Assembly: GCA_947457565.1 (NCBI GenBank)
Contig: CANGWH010000004.1
Location: 149-64,148, forward strand
Reading direction: 5' to 3'
Source: Flavobacteriales bacterium
GTDB taxonomy: Bacteria; Bacteroidota; Bacteroidia; NS11-12g; UBA955
Length of the DNA: 64,000 nucleotides
Shown one piece after another: positions 28,817 to 37,507 of the stretch. Made by a program: the position numbers and the translations under genes. Under the pieces are notes generated by a model. The model was given only the letters and a program-made list of their open reading frames with translations, made no database searches and was not told where the DNA came from. Numbering within the stretch: the stretch's first letter is position 1; every line of letters starts with the position of its first letter.

Positions 28817-29826
28817 TGAGATTAAGAATTGTTGGACTTTTAGTGTTGGTTGGTTTAACAACCAAATTATCGGCCCAGGAAGCCCAGTTTAATCAATTTT
28901 TCGCTACAGAAACGTTGTTTAATCCAGCATCCGTTGGAAACGGTGCATTTGCCAATGGTGATATGAGAAGACAAGTAAACAGATTTGGTCTATCCTATCG
29001 AAATCAATGGCCTTCTTTACCTATTGGTTTAAATTCAGCGGCTATTAGCTTCGATAGATCAATAAACAACTCATTTGGTGGTTTTGGAGTATATGTTATT
29101 CACGACGCTTTTTTATACAACTCCTTCAACTCAACACAAGCAACAATTCAATATAGTTATTACCTGCCTTTGGGTCAGGATAATTGGAGAATTAGAATGG
29201 GGATGGAAGCATCTGGCGTTAACAAAAACATAAACATAAATAACCTTAGATTTCCGGATCAAATTGATGATAATACTGGCGAAATTTCGGCAACATCGGA
29301 AATATTGAATGCAAGAAATATTAATTTTTTTGATATGGGAGTAGGTGCGCTGTTGCAAGGTAAGCATTGTGAAATGGGTTATAGCGTCAAAAATATCGTT
29401 TCTCCATTTTACACTTTTATTGGTACCGAAACGGAGGAAATCCGTATGAGTCATAACGCATCGGTGCGGTATAATTTTCGTATTGGTAACAATGATAATC
29501 TTCCAACGTATCTTTCTGTAAAAGCATTAATGAATCAGCAAGGTGCTTTTTCCAGATGGTTGTTTGGAGGCACGTATCAAACACCTCAATTTAGTTTTGG
29601 TGTCTTTGGACAAAGATTGATGAAAAATGAGCTAAAAATGTCTGGCGTTTCCTTTTTTGCTGGGTTTAAAGTAAACGACTTGGTTGTGGGTTTAAGTCAA
29701 GATGTAAGTTTGGGCAAATCCCGCTATGTTAGTTCGCAGTCTTCCGAAATATCGTTAAGGTTATTTATTAATAACCCTAAGTCTGTTGATGTTCAGTTTC
29801 AACCTTTAAATAAATTAGTTTTTTAA
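28813..29826 (+). CDS. PorP/SprF-family T9SS outer-membrane protein (SprF-like partner of the SprB-like adhesin).
   Basis: 337 aa. The signal peptide is followed by QEAQFNQFFATETLFNPASVGNGAFA, the canonical PorP/SprF N-terminus. The start overlaps the SprB-like stop (ATGA at 28813-28816). The order matches sprB-sprF in Flavobacterium johnsoniae. Confidence 0.8.
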   Translation: MMRLRIVGLLVLVGLTTKLSAQEAQFNQFFATETLFNPASVGNGAFANGDMRRQVNRFGLSYRNQWPSLPIGLNSAAISFDRSINNSFGGFGVYVIHDAFLYNSFNSTQATIQYSYYLPLGQDNWRIRMGMEASGVNKNININNLRFPDQIDDNTGEISATSEILNARNINFFDMGVGALLQGKHCEMGYSVKNIVSPFYTFIGTETEEIRMSHNASVRYNFRIGNNDNLPTYLSVKALMNQQGAFSRWLFGGTYQTPQFSFGVFGQRLMKNELKMSGVSFFAGFKVNDLVVGLSQDVSLGKSRYVSSQSSEISLRLFINNPKSVDVQFQPLNKLVF

Positions 29827-29830
29827 TCAT

Positions 29831-32800
29831 ATGAAGCAGTTTATTGTATACTTCCTATTGCTTCTATGTCCGTATTTCACATCGGCTAAGATAATTTATG
29901 TAGACAAATCGTTGGGGTCAGATGCAAATTCGGGTTTGTCTAAAGTAAATATACCTGCGGGTTCTGGACCTATGGCAACAATTAAATTAGCTCTGTCCAA
30001 AGTAGGTATAAACGACACTCTATCCATAGCATCAGGTAATTATGATGAGTCCATCGTTTTAAAACAAGACTTATATGTAGTAATGGGTAATTTGGTGAGG
30101 TTAAAATCAATTTCGTTAAATGGAACCAAATCAATAACCAAACTGACCAATGGCAAATTGATAGTAACGGATTCTTTGGAGTTGAAAAATGGAGAATTAT
30201 TCGTTCAATCAAAGGCCACATTGGTGTTGGGATTAAATTGTTTGGTTTTGGGCGGATCCCAATCATCCTTTGTTAATGGAAATTTGCATCGAGCTATTGG
30301 TGGGGCATCCTCTTCGGCGGTATTATTCCCCCTTGGATTAACACATTCCTATAGACCGGTATCGATAAAATTGTTGGACAATATAGCTGGCACAGATACC
30401 GTTTGTGTGGGCTTGATTGACTCGAATATAGGTAACTTAAAAGTTGCAGGGATCAGGAATTTTAATCAGTTTTTCCATGGGCAAATTAGATTCTATAAAA
30501 CGGTAAATAATAGATTTTATCTAAAACAACATTTTGGTTCATACTTTTTAAATAACCAAGTGGTAGACACAGCGAATCTAAAATTATTGTATTATCCCGC
30601 AGGGGTAGCCCAGATTGGTGGTTATTGTGATTCATTTCTTGATGGCAATGGCAGTATTAATTATTTAGTGCGTGCTAGCAAATCATTTGTGAAATTTACA
30701 TTGAGCAATAAACGGGATGGAGCTAATGCTTTAGGAAATTCGGGGGTTTACGCCTTCTTTAAATTAAATAAAAAAGTATTTTGTAAGGGGGAGGAGGGTT
30801 ATCTTGAGAATATTTCGCTGATTAATGGAAGCTCCCAACTCAACTGCGTTTGGTATATCGATATTCCAAAAACCGGGAAGAGAAATAGTTTAGCTACAAC
30901 CAATGCTACTTACATATTCAAGGATACAGGAAATATTGAGATTTGGTTAATTGTAACGGATAGTTTAAATCGTGTAGATACCTTTAAGCAGATAGTTCGA
31001 GTGAAACCCGTAAGCGGGAAGTTAAATATTGATAATGTATGTCTTAATAAGGCAAGTACATTCAATATAATTGGTTTGAGTCCAAAAGATTATTCGGTTT
31101 CTTGGTATATAGACGAGGTTTTTTATAATTTTAAAGATACCTTGGTCTTCAGTAAATTAACAGAAAAATCCTACCAAGTAAGAGCAGCAATTCAATCTAC
31201 CATCGAAAATTGCGAATACTATCTCGATTCTTTTTTAGTAACGAGTATTGCTCCAACAATTAGTAAAATTCACATTGCCGATTCTTGCAACGTAAAAAAC
31301 AGCACCGTAACAGCCACGGTTATAACAAATTCTTTGGATAAATCAACCTTGTATGAGTGGTCATTAAATGGAAAAGTAATATCAAACAAATCAATGTTTA
31401 GATTTCCAAATGATTCCTTTACTAAACAGCAAATTAGGCTTTCCGTATCCAACGAGTTTGGTTGTTCTAGTATTTACGATACGTTTGTACTTCGAAATGC
31501 TATACGAATCGATTCAATAGGTGTTAACGTTGATTGCTCGCGAAACGAATTGAATTTGACAAATCATTTACGCATTACTGCTGGGGTAAATCACAGTACA
31601 CAGTGGTTAAACGGAGACAGTTTGCTTCCTAAAATAGGCGATAAAATAGTATTGTCTAGATCTAATCATATTGGTACATTGAAGGTGAAGTCCGTTAGCG
31701 ATAATGGTTGTATTGATAGTTCGAATCTAAATTTGTCGAAATATACCATTGCTGATGTAACTGCTAAAAACTTAAATAGTTCTCGCTGTGTAACAGATAC
31801 ATTAGTTTTTGAAGCGAAAAAACTTGAGGCCTTGGAGACTAAAGGCTATTTTGAGTACAACGGATCAACCTACTTGGTTAATCCATTGAGACTGCTAGAT
31901 CCAATTGCGGGTATTAAAAGAGTTGTTTGGAAATCCAACAGTTATGGTTGTAATGATTCCTTAGTTCAGATAATTAATAGTTCAGATATTCCGAGGCATG
32001 ATCTTTTATTATCGAATAATAAGTTGCAATTGTGTAATACCTCAGTGGAGACGCTAAAAATCACAAATTATAGTTTTACAGACACGGCTAATTACAATTA
32101 TGAAATTTTTAATGATAAGATTTATACCCAATCATTGAGTTATCCCGATTACACCTTTAACTATTTAGGCAAGCAGATTTTTTATTCAACAATTACCCAT
32201 AAAAAAAGTGCTTGTAAGTTTTCAGACACATTAACAATTAATGTTGTTTCTAAACCATCGTTATTAACTGTTTGGGACAATGAAGTATGTGATGGTGAAG
32301 ATATTAAAATCAATCTTTTCAAAGGTGCTAATGGAGGTTCTGGTACGTTAAATTGGGAGATATTGTTTGATGGGAAAAAATACAACGATAGTGCGGTGGT
32401 TCTATCCGGTTTAGCGCCCGGTAATTATAGCGCTAAATCAAAAGTTACAGACTCGTTAGGGTGTATAGACTCATTGAATTTTGTTTCAGTTGTTAAAAAA
32501 CTTCCAGATTATAGCTTCGGAATTATTGGGCAAATGCCAATTTGTCCTGGCGATTCTTTAGAAGTAGATTTAACCAGTGCCGATGGTGATGTTCAGTGGG
32601 ATCAATTTGGGTTAAATCCTGGTGTAGTCGTATTTAAATCATCAGGTAAATTTGCTTGGAATATTTTAGGAGCTAATGGATGTAATTACGGGGAAGATTT
32701 CTCGGTAATCGCTGATACCGCCTTCAAATTGAATGTAACTCAAGACACATCCATTATATCGGGTTCTCCTATTATAATTTCGGCATCAGGAGCCGCAAGT

Positions 32801-33205
32801 TATGTTTGGACACCTAAAAAATATGTTCGATCCTATCGAGGAAATTCTATGTTAGTAAAACCTACCAATGATATCATTTACAAGGTTCGTGGAATTTCTG
32901 ATGTAGGTTGTGAACTTACAGATAGTGTTAAAGTTTCAGTGCGACCTGCCCTAGCAATTGTGAAAATACCCAATGTTATAACAGCCAATAAGGATGGTTT
33001 GAATGATGTATGGGATTTGTCCGTTGTTAGAGATGTTGAAAGTTGTATTATTCGTATCTACGATTCAAATAATAAATTGGTTAAAGAACTTGAAAAATAT
33101 CAAAATAATTATGCATTCTCGGATGTTAAACCGGGGATGTATTTTTATACTATTTCTAGAAAATCAAATATTTTACACAAAGGAAGTCTGGAGGTATTTA
33201 AATAA
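29831..33205 (+). CDS. T9SS type-B CTD cargo protein 2. A paralogue of cargo 1, with an N-terminal beta-helix-like domain, Ig/PKD-like repeats and a type-B CTD.
   Basis: 1124 aa with a signal peptide. The N-terminal 180 aa align with CDS 13204 (IIYVDKSLGSDANSG...NGNLH...LTHSYRPVSIKL vs FYVSKTGVDTNPG...DGRLH...VSNSYRPTRITF). The C-terminus IVKIPNVITANKDGLNDVWDL...GMYFYTI...GSLEVFK is a type-B sorting domain. Confidence 0.8.
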   Translation: MKQFIVYFLLLLCPYFTSAKIIYVDKSLGSDANSGLSKVNIPAGSGPMATIKLALSKVGINDTLSIASGNYDESIVLKQDLYVVMGNLVRLKSISLNGTKSITKLTNGKLIVTDSLELKNGELFVQSKATLVLGLNCLVLGGSQSSFVNGNLHRAIGGASSSAVLFPLGLTHSYRPVSIKLLDNIAGTDTVCVGLIDSNIGNLKVAGIRNFNQFFHGQIRFYKTVNNRFYLKQHFGSYFLNNQVVDTANLKLLYYPAGVAQIGGYCDSFLDGNGSINYLVRASKSFVKFTLSNKRDGANALGNSGVYAFFKLNKKVFCKGEEGYLENISLINGSSQLNCVWYIDIPKTGKRNSLATTNATYIFKDTGNIEIWLIVTDSLNRVDTFKQIVRVKPVSGKLNIDNVCLNKASTFNIIGLSPKDYSVSWYIDEVFYNFKDTLVFSKLTEKSYQVRAAIQSTIENCEYYLDSFLVTSIAPTISKIHIADSCNVKNSTVTATVITNSLDKSTLYEWSLNGKVISNKSMFRFPNDSFTKQQIRLSVSNEFGCSSIYDTFVLRNAIRIDSIGVNVDCSRNELNLTNHLRITAGVNHSTQWLNGDSLLPKIGDKIVLSRSNHIGTLKVKSVSDNGCIDSSNLNLSKYTIADVTAKNLNSSRCVTDTLVFEAKKLEALETKGYFEYNGSTYLVNPLRLLDPIAGIKRVVWKSNSYGCNDSLVQIINSSDIPRHDLLLSNNKLQLCNTSVETLKITNYSFTDTANYNYEIFNDKIYTQSLSYPDYTFNYLGKQIFYSTITHKKSACKFSDTLTINVVSKPSLLTVWDNEVCDGEDIKINLFKGANGGSGTLNWEILFDGKKYNDSAVVLSGLAPGNYSAKSKVTDSLGCIDSLNFVSVVKKLPDYSFGIIGQMPICPGDSLEVDLTSADGDVQWDQFGLNPGVVVFKSSGKFAWNILGANGCNYGEDFSVIADTAFKLNVTQDTSIISGSPIIISASGAASYVWTPKKYVRSYRGNSMLVKPTNDIIYKVRGISDVGCELTDSVKVSVRPALAIVKIPNVITANKDGLNDVWDLSVVRDVESCIIRIYDSNNKLVKELEKYQNNYAFSDVKPGMYFYTISRKSNILHKGSLEVFK

Positions 33206-34587
33206 TGAAGTATCGATTAATTTGGATTGTATCTTTCTTGCTTTTTCTGGAAGCTTCAGATGCTATTGGTCAGACACACCGAGGATTGTATAATGTAAAT
33301 GCATTCCCAGAACTGGAGAATGCGGCATTTAACAGTACAAAAAAGGCAGGATTAGTTACATTTTTTGGTAATATACCTAACAATGCATTAAGATCAGATT
33401 TCTATTGTTTTGGAGCGAATGCAATATTGCGTCAAAGAAAATCAGTAACCCTTGCAGCGAATTATAACTTTACAGGAGAACATCTGATGATGTTTAATAA
33501 TGCTAAGTTATCCTATTTATATCATCTAGATTTTACTGAGGACGTTAGTGCAGACTTTGGTTTAACCTTAGGGGCACTGAATCCAAGCATCAATATGGAC
33601 AAGGTAATCGCGATTGATGCGTTTGATCCCGCTTTAATCATGCTCTCTGAGCAGCAATTGTGGTATTTAGATGCTGGTCTTTCATCCGTGTTTACGTTGA
33701 AAAAAGCGCTAAAAATTGGATTCTCTTTGAATCGATTTCCTAGTACATCATTGGCAGTTAATGAAAATAGTTATTTACCGTTGCCTAGGAAATTAAATGC
33801 GTCTGTTAGATATGACTTTAATGAAGCCACATCCAATATCACGAAGGGCATGTCCTTGGGTGTTTGGTATAATCGATACGATTCTGTTTCAAGGTTTAAT
33901 GTATCTGTAAATAAACAATTAAGCGATCAAGTTATAGCGTCTATTGGCTATATTACCAATCCCAAAGTTTTTCACATAGGAGTTCAAATTCTATTAAATA
34001 ACAATAGACTTTGTTATAGCGCGGGGTTAAATCAACAATCTAAGTTGTTTGGAAACGGCACCGAAATTATTATGGCTGCTGATTTTAGCAAAAAGGCTGT
34101 TTCTCAAGATCAAGTTGTTAATCAAACAGAAGAAGGCACTGAATTTTTAACTGCAGATTCAGCTTCTATAACGGATTTTCCTGATAGACCTGAATATGTG
34201 TTTTTAACGGATACCGGTTCTACAGAAAAAGTTTCTGTTTATAGTCCTTTGCCTACTGATTTTATTGTAGAAATAGAGCGGTGGGACGATTTGAAAAAGA
34301 TCAGAATGGGACACGATACGGCCAAGATTATTTTGAAATCAGTAAAAGATGTGCCTTTCAAACCTGGTTTTTATTTAATGATTAAGATGTCACCATCTGA
34401 AAATGTAATCAATGATGAAATAAAGCGAATTTTTACCTTGGGAACTGTTTCTTACAAACTATATGATCCTAAAATGAAAGTTTTTTATCAATTTGTTGAT
34501 TGGACCATAGATGAGGTAGAGTCGTCTAAACAGCTGCAATATTTCGATAAAGAGTTTAAATATCTTTGGATTAAATCTTTCAAATAA
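33205..34587 (+). CDS. Divergent PorP/SprF-like outer-membrane protein with an acidic linker and a C-terminal SPOR-like domain (paralogue of 16726..18072).
   Basis: 460 aa. The start overlaps the cargo-2 stop by 1 nt (TAATG). It has a signal peptide and a beta-rich ~300 aa body. The C-terminal KPGFYLMIKMSPSENVINDEIKRIF...SYKLYDP..FYQFVDWTIDEVESSKQL aligns with the C-terminus of ORF 16726 (GFYL..., S[FY]K[ML][FY]DP, FY.F). The PorP assignment rests on architecture and weak N-terminal similarity. Confidence 0.55.
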   Translation: MKYRLIWIVSFLLFLEASDAIGQTHRGLYNVNAFPELENAAFNSTKKAGLVTFFGNIPNNALRSDFYCFGANAILRQRKSVTLAANYNFTGEHLMMFNNAKLSYLYHLDFTEDVSADFGLTLGALNPSINMDKVIAIDAFDPALIMLSEQQLWYLDAGLSSVFTLKKALKIGFSLNRFPSTSLAVNENSYLPLPRKLNASVRYDFNEATSNITKGMSLGVWYNRYDSVSRFNVSVNKQLSDQVIASIGYITNPKVFHIGVQILLNNNRLCYSAGLNQQSKLFGNGTEIIMAADFSKKAVSQDQVVNQTEEGTEFLTADSASITDFPDRPEYVFLTDTGSTEKVSVYSPLPTDFIVEIERWDDLKKIRMGHDTAKIILKSVKDVPFKPGFYLMIKMSPSENVINDEIKRIFTLGTVSYKLYDPKMKVFYQFVDWTIDEVESSKQLQYFDKEFKYLWIKSFK

Positions 34588-34698
34588 TAGGATCAATAAT
34601 TTGATATTTAACGAATAATCTGCTTCCAGTTGTTTGTTTCTAGAAGTATATGGAGTGAATTCAACCAGGGTAGGCCTGTAGTTTTGAGAATATTGAGA

Positions 34699-35367
34699 TT
34701 AATGAGTAAAAGCGTAATGGATCAAATTACAGCCCATTTTTAGTGCTTTTTCACGGACGGAGGGATCATCGTTATAGGTTTCGGGATCTTCCCATCCATT
34801 ACCTAAGTCGCACTCGTAATCGTAAAAACAAATGAGTCGATTTTTCCAAAAGAGTCCATATCCGATTGGATTTTTACCATTGTGTTCATGAACTTTTGGT
34901 AATCCTGAAGCAAAGCTAAAGGGCTGTTGGTATATGGGATGGGAAAAAGGAACTACCGTAAATTCTAACTCGGGAAATACTTTTTTCATTTCCCTGCGTA
35001 TATAGGGGTCTATACCGTAATTATCGCAAATATGCAAAAATCCCCCACCCAAAAGATAGCTCCGTAAATTGGTCGATTCGGTTTCGTTGAATACCACATT
35101 ACCGTGACCTGTTAAGAAAATAAAAGGATAAAGAAATACATCATCAGACTGTAAGGATACAATGTTCTCTTGTGGATGAATATTGGTGTTATTGGAACTA
35201 TTGGAATATCGGATTAGGTTTTTTAGTGCTGATTTTGAACTGTACCAATCGCCACCGCCATTGTATTTTACTCGAGCAATTTGAATTCGTTGTGATGTGC
35301 TACTACACAACAAAATGAAAGAAAATAACAGCAAAAGGGGATAGGTTAATTTACTGTTTACTTTCAT
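34699..35367 (-). CDS. DUF4159-family secreted protein.
   Basis: 222 aa with a signal peptide. The motif RVKYNGGGDWY near the N-terminus is what I recall as the DUF4159 signature. Confidence 0.45.
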   Translation of the reverse strand: MKVNSKLTYPLLLLFSFILLCSSTSQRIQIARVKYNGGGDWYSSKSALKNLIRYSNSSNNTNIHPQENIVSLQSDDVFLYPFIFLTGHGNVVFNETESTNLRSYLLGGGFLHICDNYGIDPYIRREMKKVFPELEFTVVPFSHPIYQQPFSFASGLPKVHEHNGKNPIGYGLFWKNRLICFYDYECDLGNGWEDPETYNDDPSVREKALKMGCNLIHYAFTH

Positions 35368-35379
35368 GATTTGAAGGTA

Positions 35380-36147
35380 TTAGCTGTAGTACCAAATTAA
35401 AAATATTCCACCGATAGCTATTCGGTAATAGCCAAATAGTTTAAAACCAAATTTTTGAACGTACCCAACAAAGAATTTAACGGCGATAAGTGCTGTAATA
35501 AAACTAAACAGCGAACCCCATCCAATCTCGATTAGTTGGGATTGATTTAGATTGTCGATATCTTTTAATAGCTTATATCCTGCAGCAGCGGAAAGTGTTG
35601 GGAGCGCTAGTAAAAATGAAAATTCTGTAGCTGCTTTTCTGCTTAATTTGGAGTACAAACCACCCGCAATTCCGGAGGCACTTCTACTTACACCGGGCAA
35701 TAGGATGGCTAAACATTGAAACAGACCAACCCACAGTGCATCCTTGAAGGACAAATCATCAATCTGTTTTTCGCCTTCTGGGAATATTTTCTCAATAAAC
35801 AGCAAAACAACACCAAAAACAACCAGATTAATTCCTGCAATCCAGGGTGCTTTTAACAACTCATCCAAGATATCGTCAAACAACAATCCAAAAACAGCGG
35901 CGGGTAAGAAACTAATAAATAAAACGGGATATAAATGTTTGATGCCTGGCCCAGTAATTCGTTTCCAATAGAGGGAAAGTACACTTAGAATAGCCCCGAA
36001 TTGGATAGCGATAATAAAGGTGGCATTTTCGTCTGACTTCATCCCAAGCCATTCGCGGGTAAGCATAAGGTGTCCCGTAGAACTAACGGGTAAAAACTCA
36101 GTAATGCCCTCAACAACGCTGAGAATTACGTTTTCAAACCAGGTCAT
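35380..36147 (-). CDS. uppP: Undecaprenyl-diphosphatase UppP (BacA).
   Basis: 255 aa polytopic membrane protein. The motifs VEGITEFLPVSSTGHL and PGVSRSASGI are the conserved UppP/BacA motifs. Confidence 0.85.
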   Translation of the reverse strand: MTWFENVILSVVEGITEFLPVSSTGHLMLTREWLGMKSDENATFIIAIQFGAILSVLSLYWKRITGPGIKHLYPVLFISFLPAAVFGLLFDDILDELLKAPWIAGINLVVFGVVLLFIEKIFPEGEKQIDDLSFKDALWVGLFQCLAILLPGVSRSASGIAGGLYSKLSRKAATEFSFLLALPTLSAAAGYKLLKDIDNLNQSQLIEIGWGSLFSFITALIAVKFFVGYVQKFGFKLFGYYRIAIGGIFLIWYYS

Positions 36148-36153
36148 GGTTGC

Positions 36154-36393
36154 TTATTTTTTGCGATAGAAAATCGCAACGATTCCTAATAAGAATCCGG
36201 TAATTACTACAATGGGAGCCAGCGTAATTCTTCTAAAATCATAAATATCACCTTCAGAACCGGCCATTAAATAAAAACCTATGATTACGATAGCCAATGA
36301 AAGGCCAATGAGATAGTAATTTTCTTTGTTGAAAAGAAATTGTTTTGGTTCTGTAGACTTAGTCTCCTTGGAAATTGTTTTCTTGCTACTCAT
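36154..36393 (-). CDS. DUF3098-family small membrane protein.
   Basis: 79 aa with two predicted TM helices. It sits between ftsX and uppP as in many Bacteroidota. Confidence 0.55.
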   Translation of the reverse strand: MSSKKTISKETKSTEPKQFLFNKENYYLIGLSLAIVIIGFYLMAGSEGDIYDFRRITLAPIVVITGFLLGIVAIFYRKK

Positions 36394-36403
36394 AATTCTG
36401 AAA

Positions 36404-37267
36404 TTAATAAAGATTTTCTATTTTGCTGTTTAAGTATTTAATGGTACTTAACCAACTCCCTATTACGGCCAAAATTACACCAAAAACTGATACACTGCCA
36501 CATATAATTATAAATTCTTCCGTACGGATGTGTTGGGTAAAGCTTCGGAGCATTTCTATGGGTAACAAATAAAAAATAACAAAGAGTAATCCTGAAGATA
36601 TAGGTATCGCAACTGCGGCATATCGAAGAAAGTTCAGGATATAGGGTTTAATGATAAACGCATTGGTAGCTCCAATGAATTGCATACTTTTTATCAGAAA
36701 GCGGTTCGCAAATATGCTCATTCGCGTTGCGCTTTGAATTAAAACAATGGCAATCAACAGTAAAATTATAGTAACTCCTCCGAAAGCATATTGCAACATT
36801 TTTACGTTATGAGTCATGCTTTCTACCCAATTTCGTTGAAAAACTACACTTTCAACTATTGGATTTTGACGAATTTCCTTGGCTTTTTTATCGATAAACT
36901 CGATGTTAGCGAAATTGGCCTTTGGAAATACTTCGATGCTCATTGGAAGTGAAACGGTTTCAGCATAAGAAAGAAATTCAGGGTCATATTTTTGTTGCAT
37001 TTCTTTGATTCCTTGCTCTGGACTAACATAATTGGTGGCCTTAACCCATTCTTGTTTACCAATGTTTAATTGCAGGGCAGATACTTGATCTCTGGAAATT
37101 GAATCTTTAAAGTAGATATCGATCGAGGAGGATTCCATCAAATGAACGCTCAACCCCTTGAAGCCAATAATGGTTACTGAAAGCAAACCCAACATGAACA
37201 TTACCGCGGCCAACGATAAAATACTGGGCCAAGCACTGGGCTTTCTTCGTTTGGGGGTAGAAGACAT
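36404..37267 (-). CDS. ftsX: Cell division permease FtsX.
   Basis: 287 aa. An N-terminal TM is followed by a periplasmic domain and a C-terminal 3-TM FtsX domain (FIGATNAFIIKPYIL). It is arranged in an ftsX-DUF3098-uppP operon. Confidence 0.75.
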   Translation of the reverse strand: MSSTPKRRKPSAWPSILSLAAVMFMLGLLSVTIIGFKGLSVHLMESSSIDIYFKDSISRDQVSALQLNIGKQEWVKATNYVSPEQGIKEMQQKYDPEFLSYAETVSLPMSIEVFPKANFANIEFIDKKAKEIRQNPIVESVVFQRNWVESMTHNVKMLQYAFGGVTIILLLIAIVLIQSATRMSIFANRFLIKSMQFIGATNAFIIKPYILNFLRYAAVAIPISSGLLFVIFYLLPIEMLRSFTQHIRTEEFIIICGSVSVFGVILAVIGSWLSTIKYLNSKIENLY

Positions 37268-37480
37268 TTTTACGGTATTATTAATTGTACAAAGGTCTAA
37301 AGTATGATTGGATTTTCTATTAATAGCAAACTGAAGTTATCCGCCAATGTACAACGATGTGCCCAATTATTTTTACAGGTAGTGGGTTGTTTTAACTTTT
37401 TAACGGAAATTATGGTTGAAAAACCCGTGAATATTGGTATTTTTCACATATAAATGACAAAATTGTTGATGAAAGTTCTG

Positions 37481-37488
37481 TATTTTTG
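37481..37488 (+). promoter_or_regulatory. Candidate -7 box (TATTTTTG) for the solitary type-B CTD gene.
   Basis: Exact TAnnTTTG match, 19 nt upstream of ATG 37508. It lies in the 240-bp region divergent from ftsX. Confidence 0.3.
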
Positions 37489-37507
37489 AAAATTGGTAAA
37501 GTTCGCG

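Noticed and set aside
34588-34698. AGGCCT palindrome and weak inverted repeat (cttccag...ctagaag) between the convergent PorP-SPOR2 and DUF4159 genes. Considered as a terminator.
   Set aside because: The stems are too short or mismatched and have no flanking T-run.
37268-37300. Searched the ftsX upstream region (minus strand) for CAAAnnTA, the reverse complement of the -7 box.
   Set aside because: Only near matches were found (caaaggtc and TAGACCTTTG with one extra spacer nt), so no ftsX promoter call was made.
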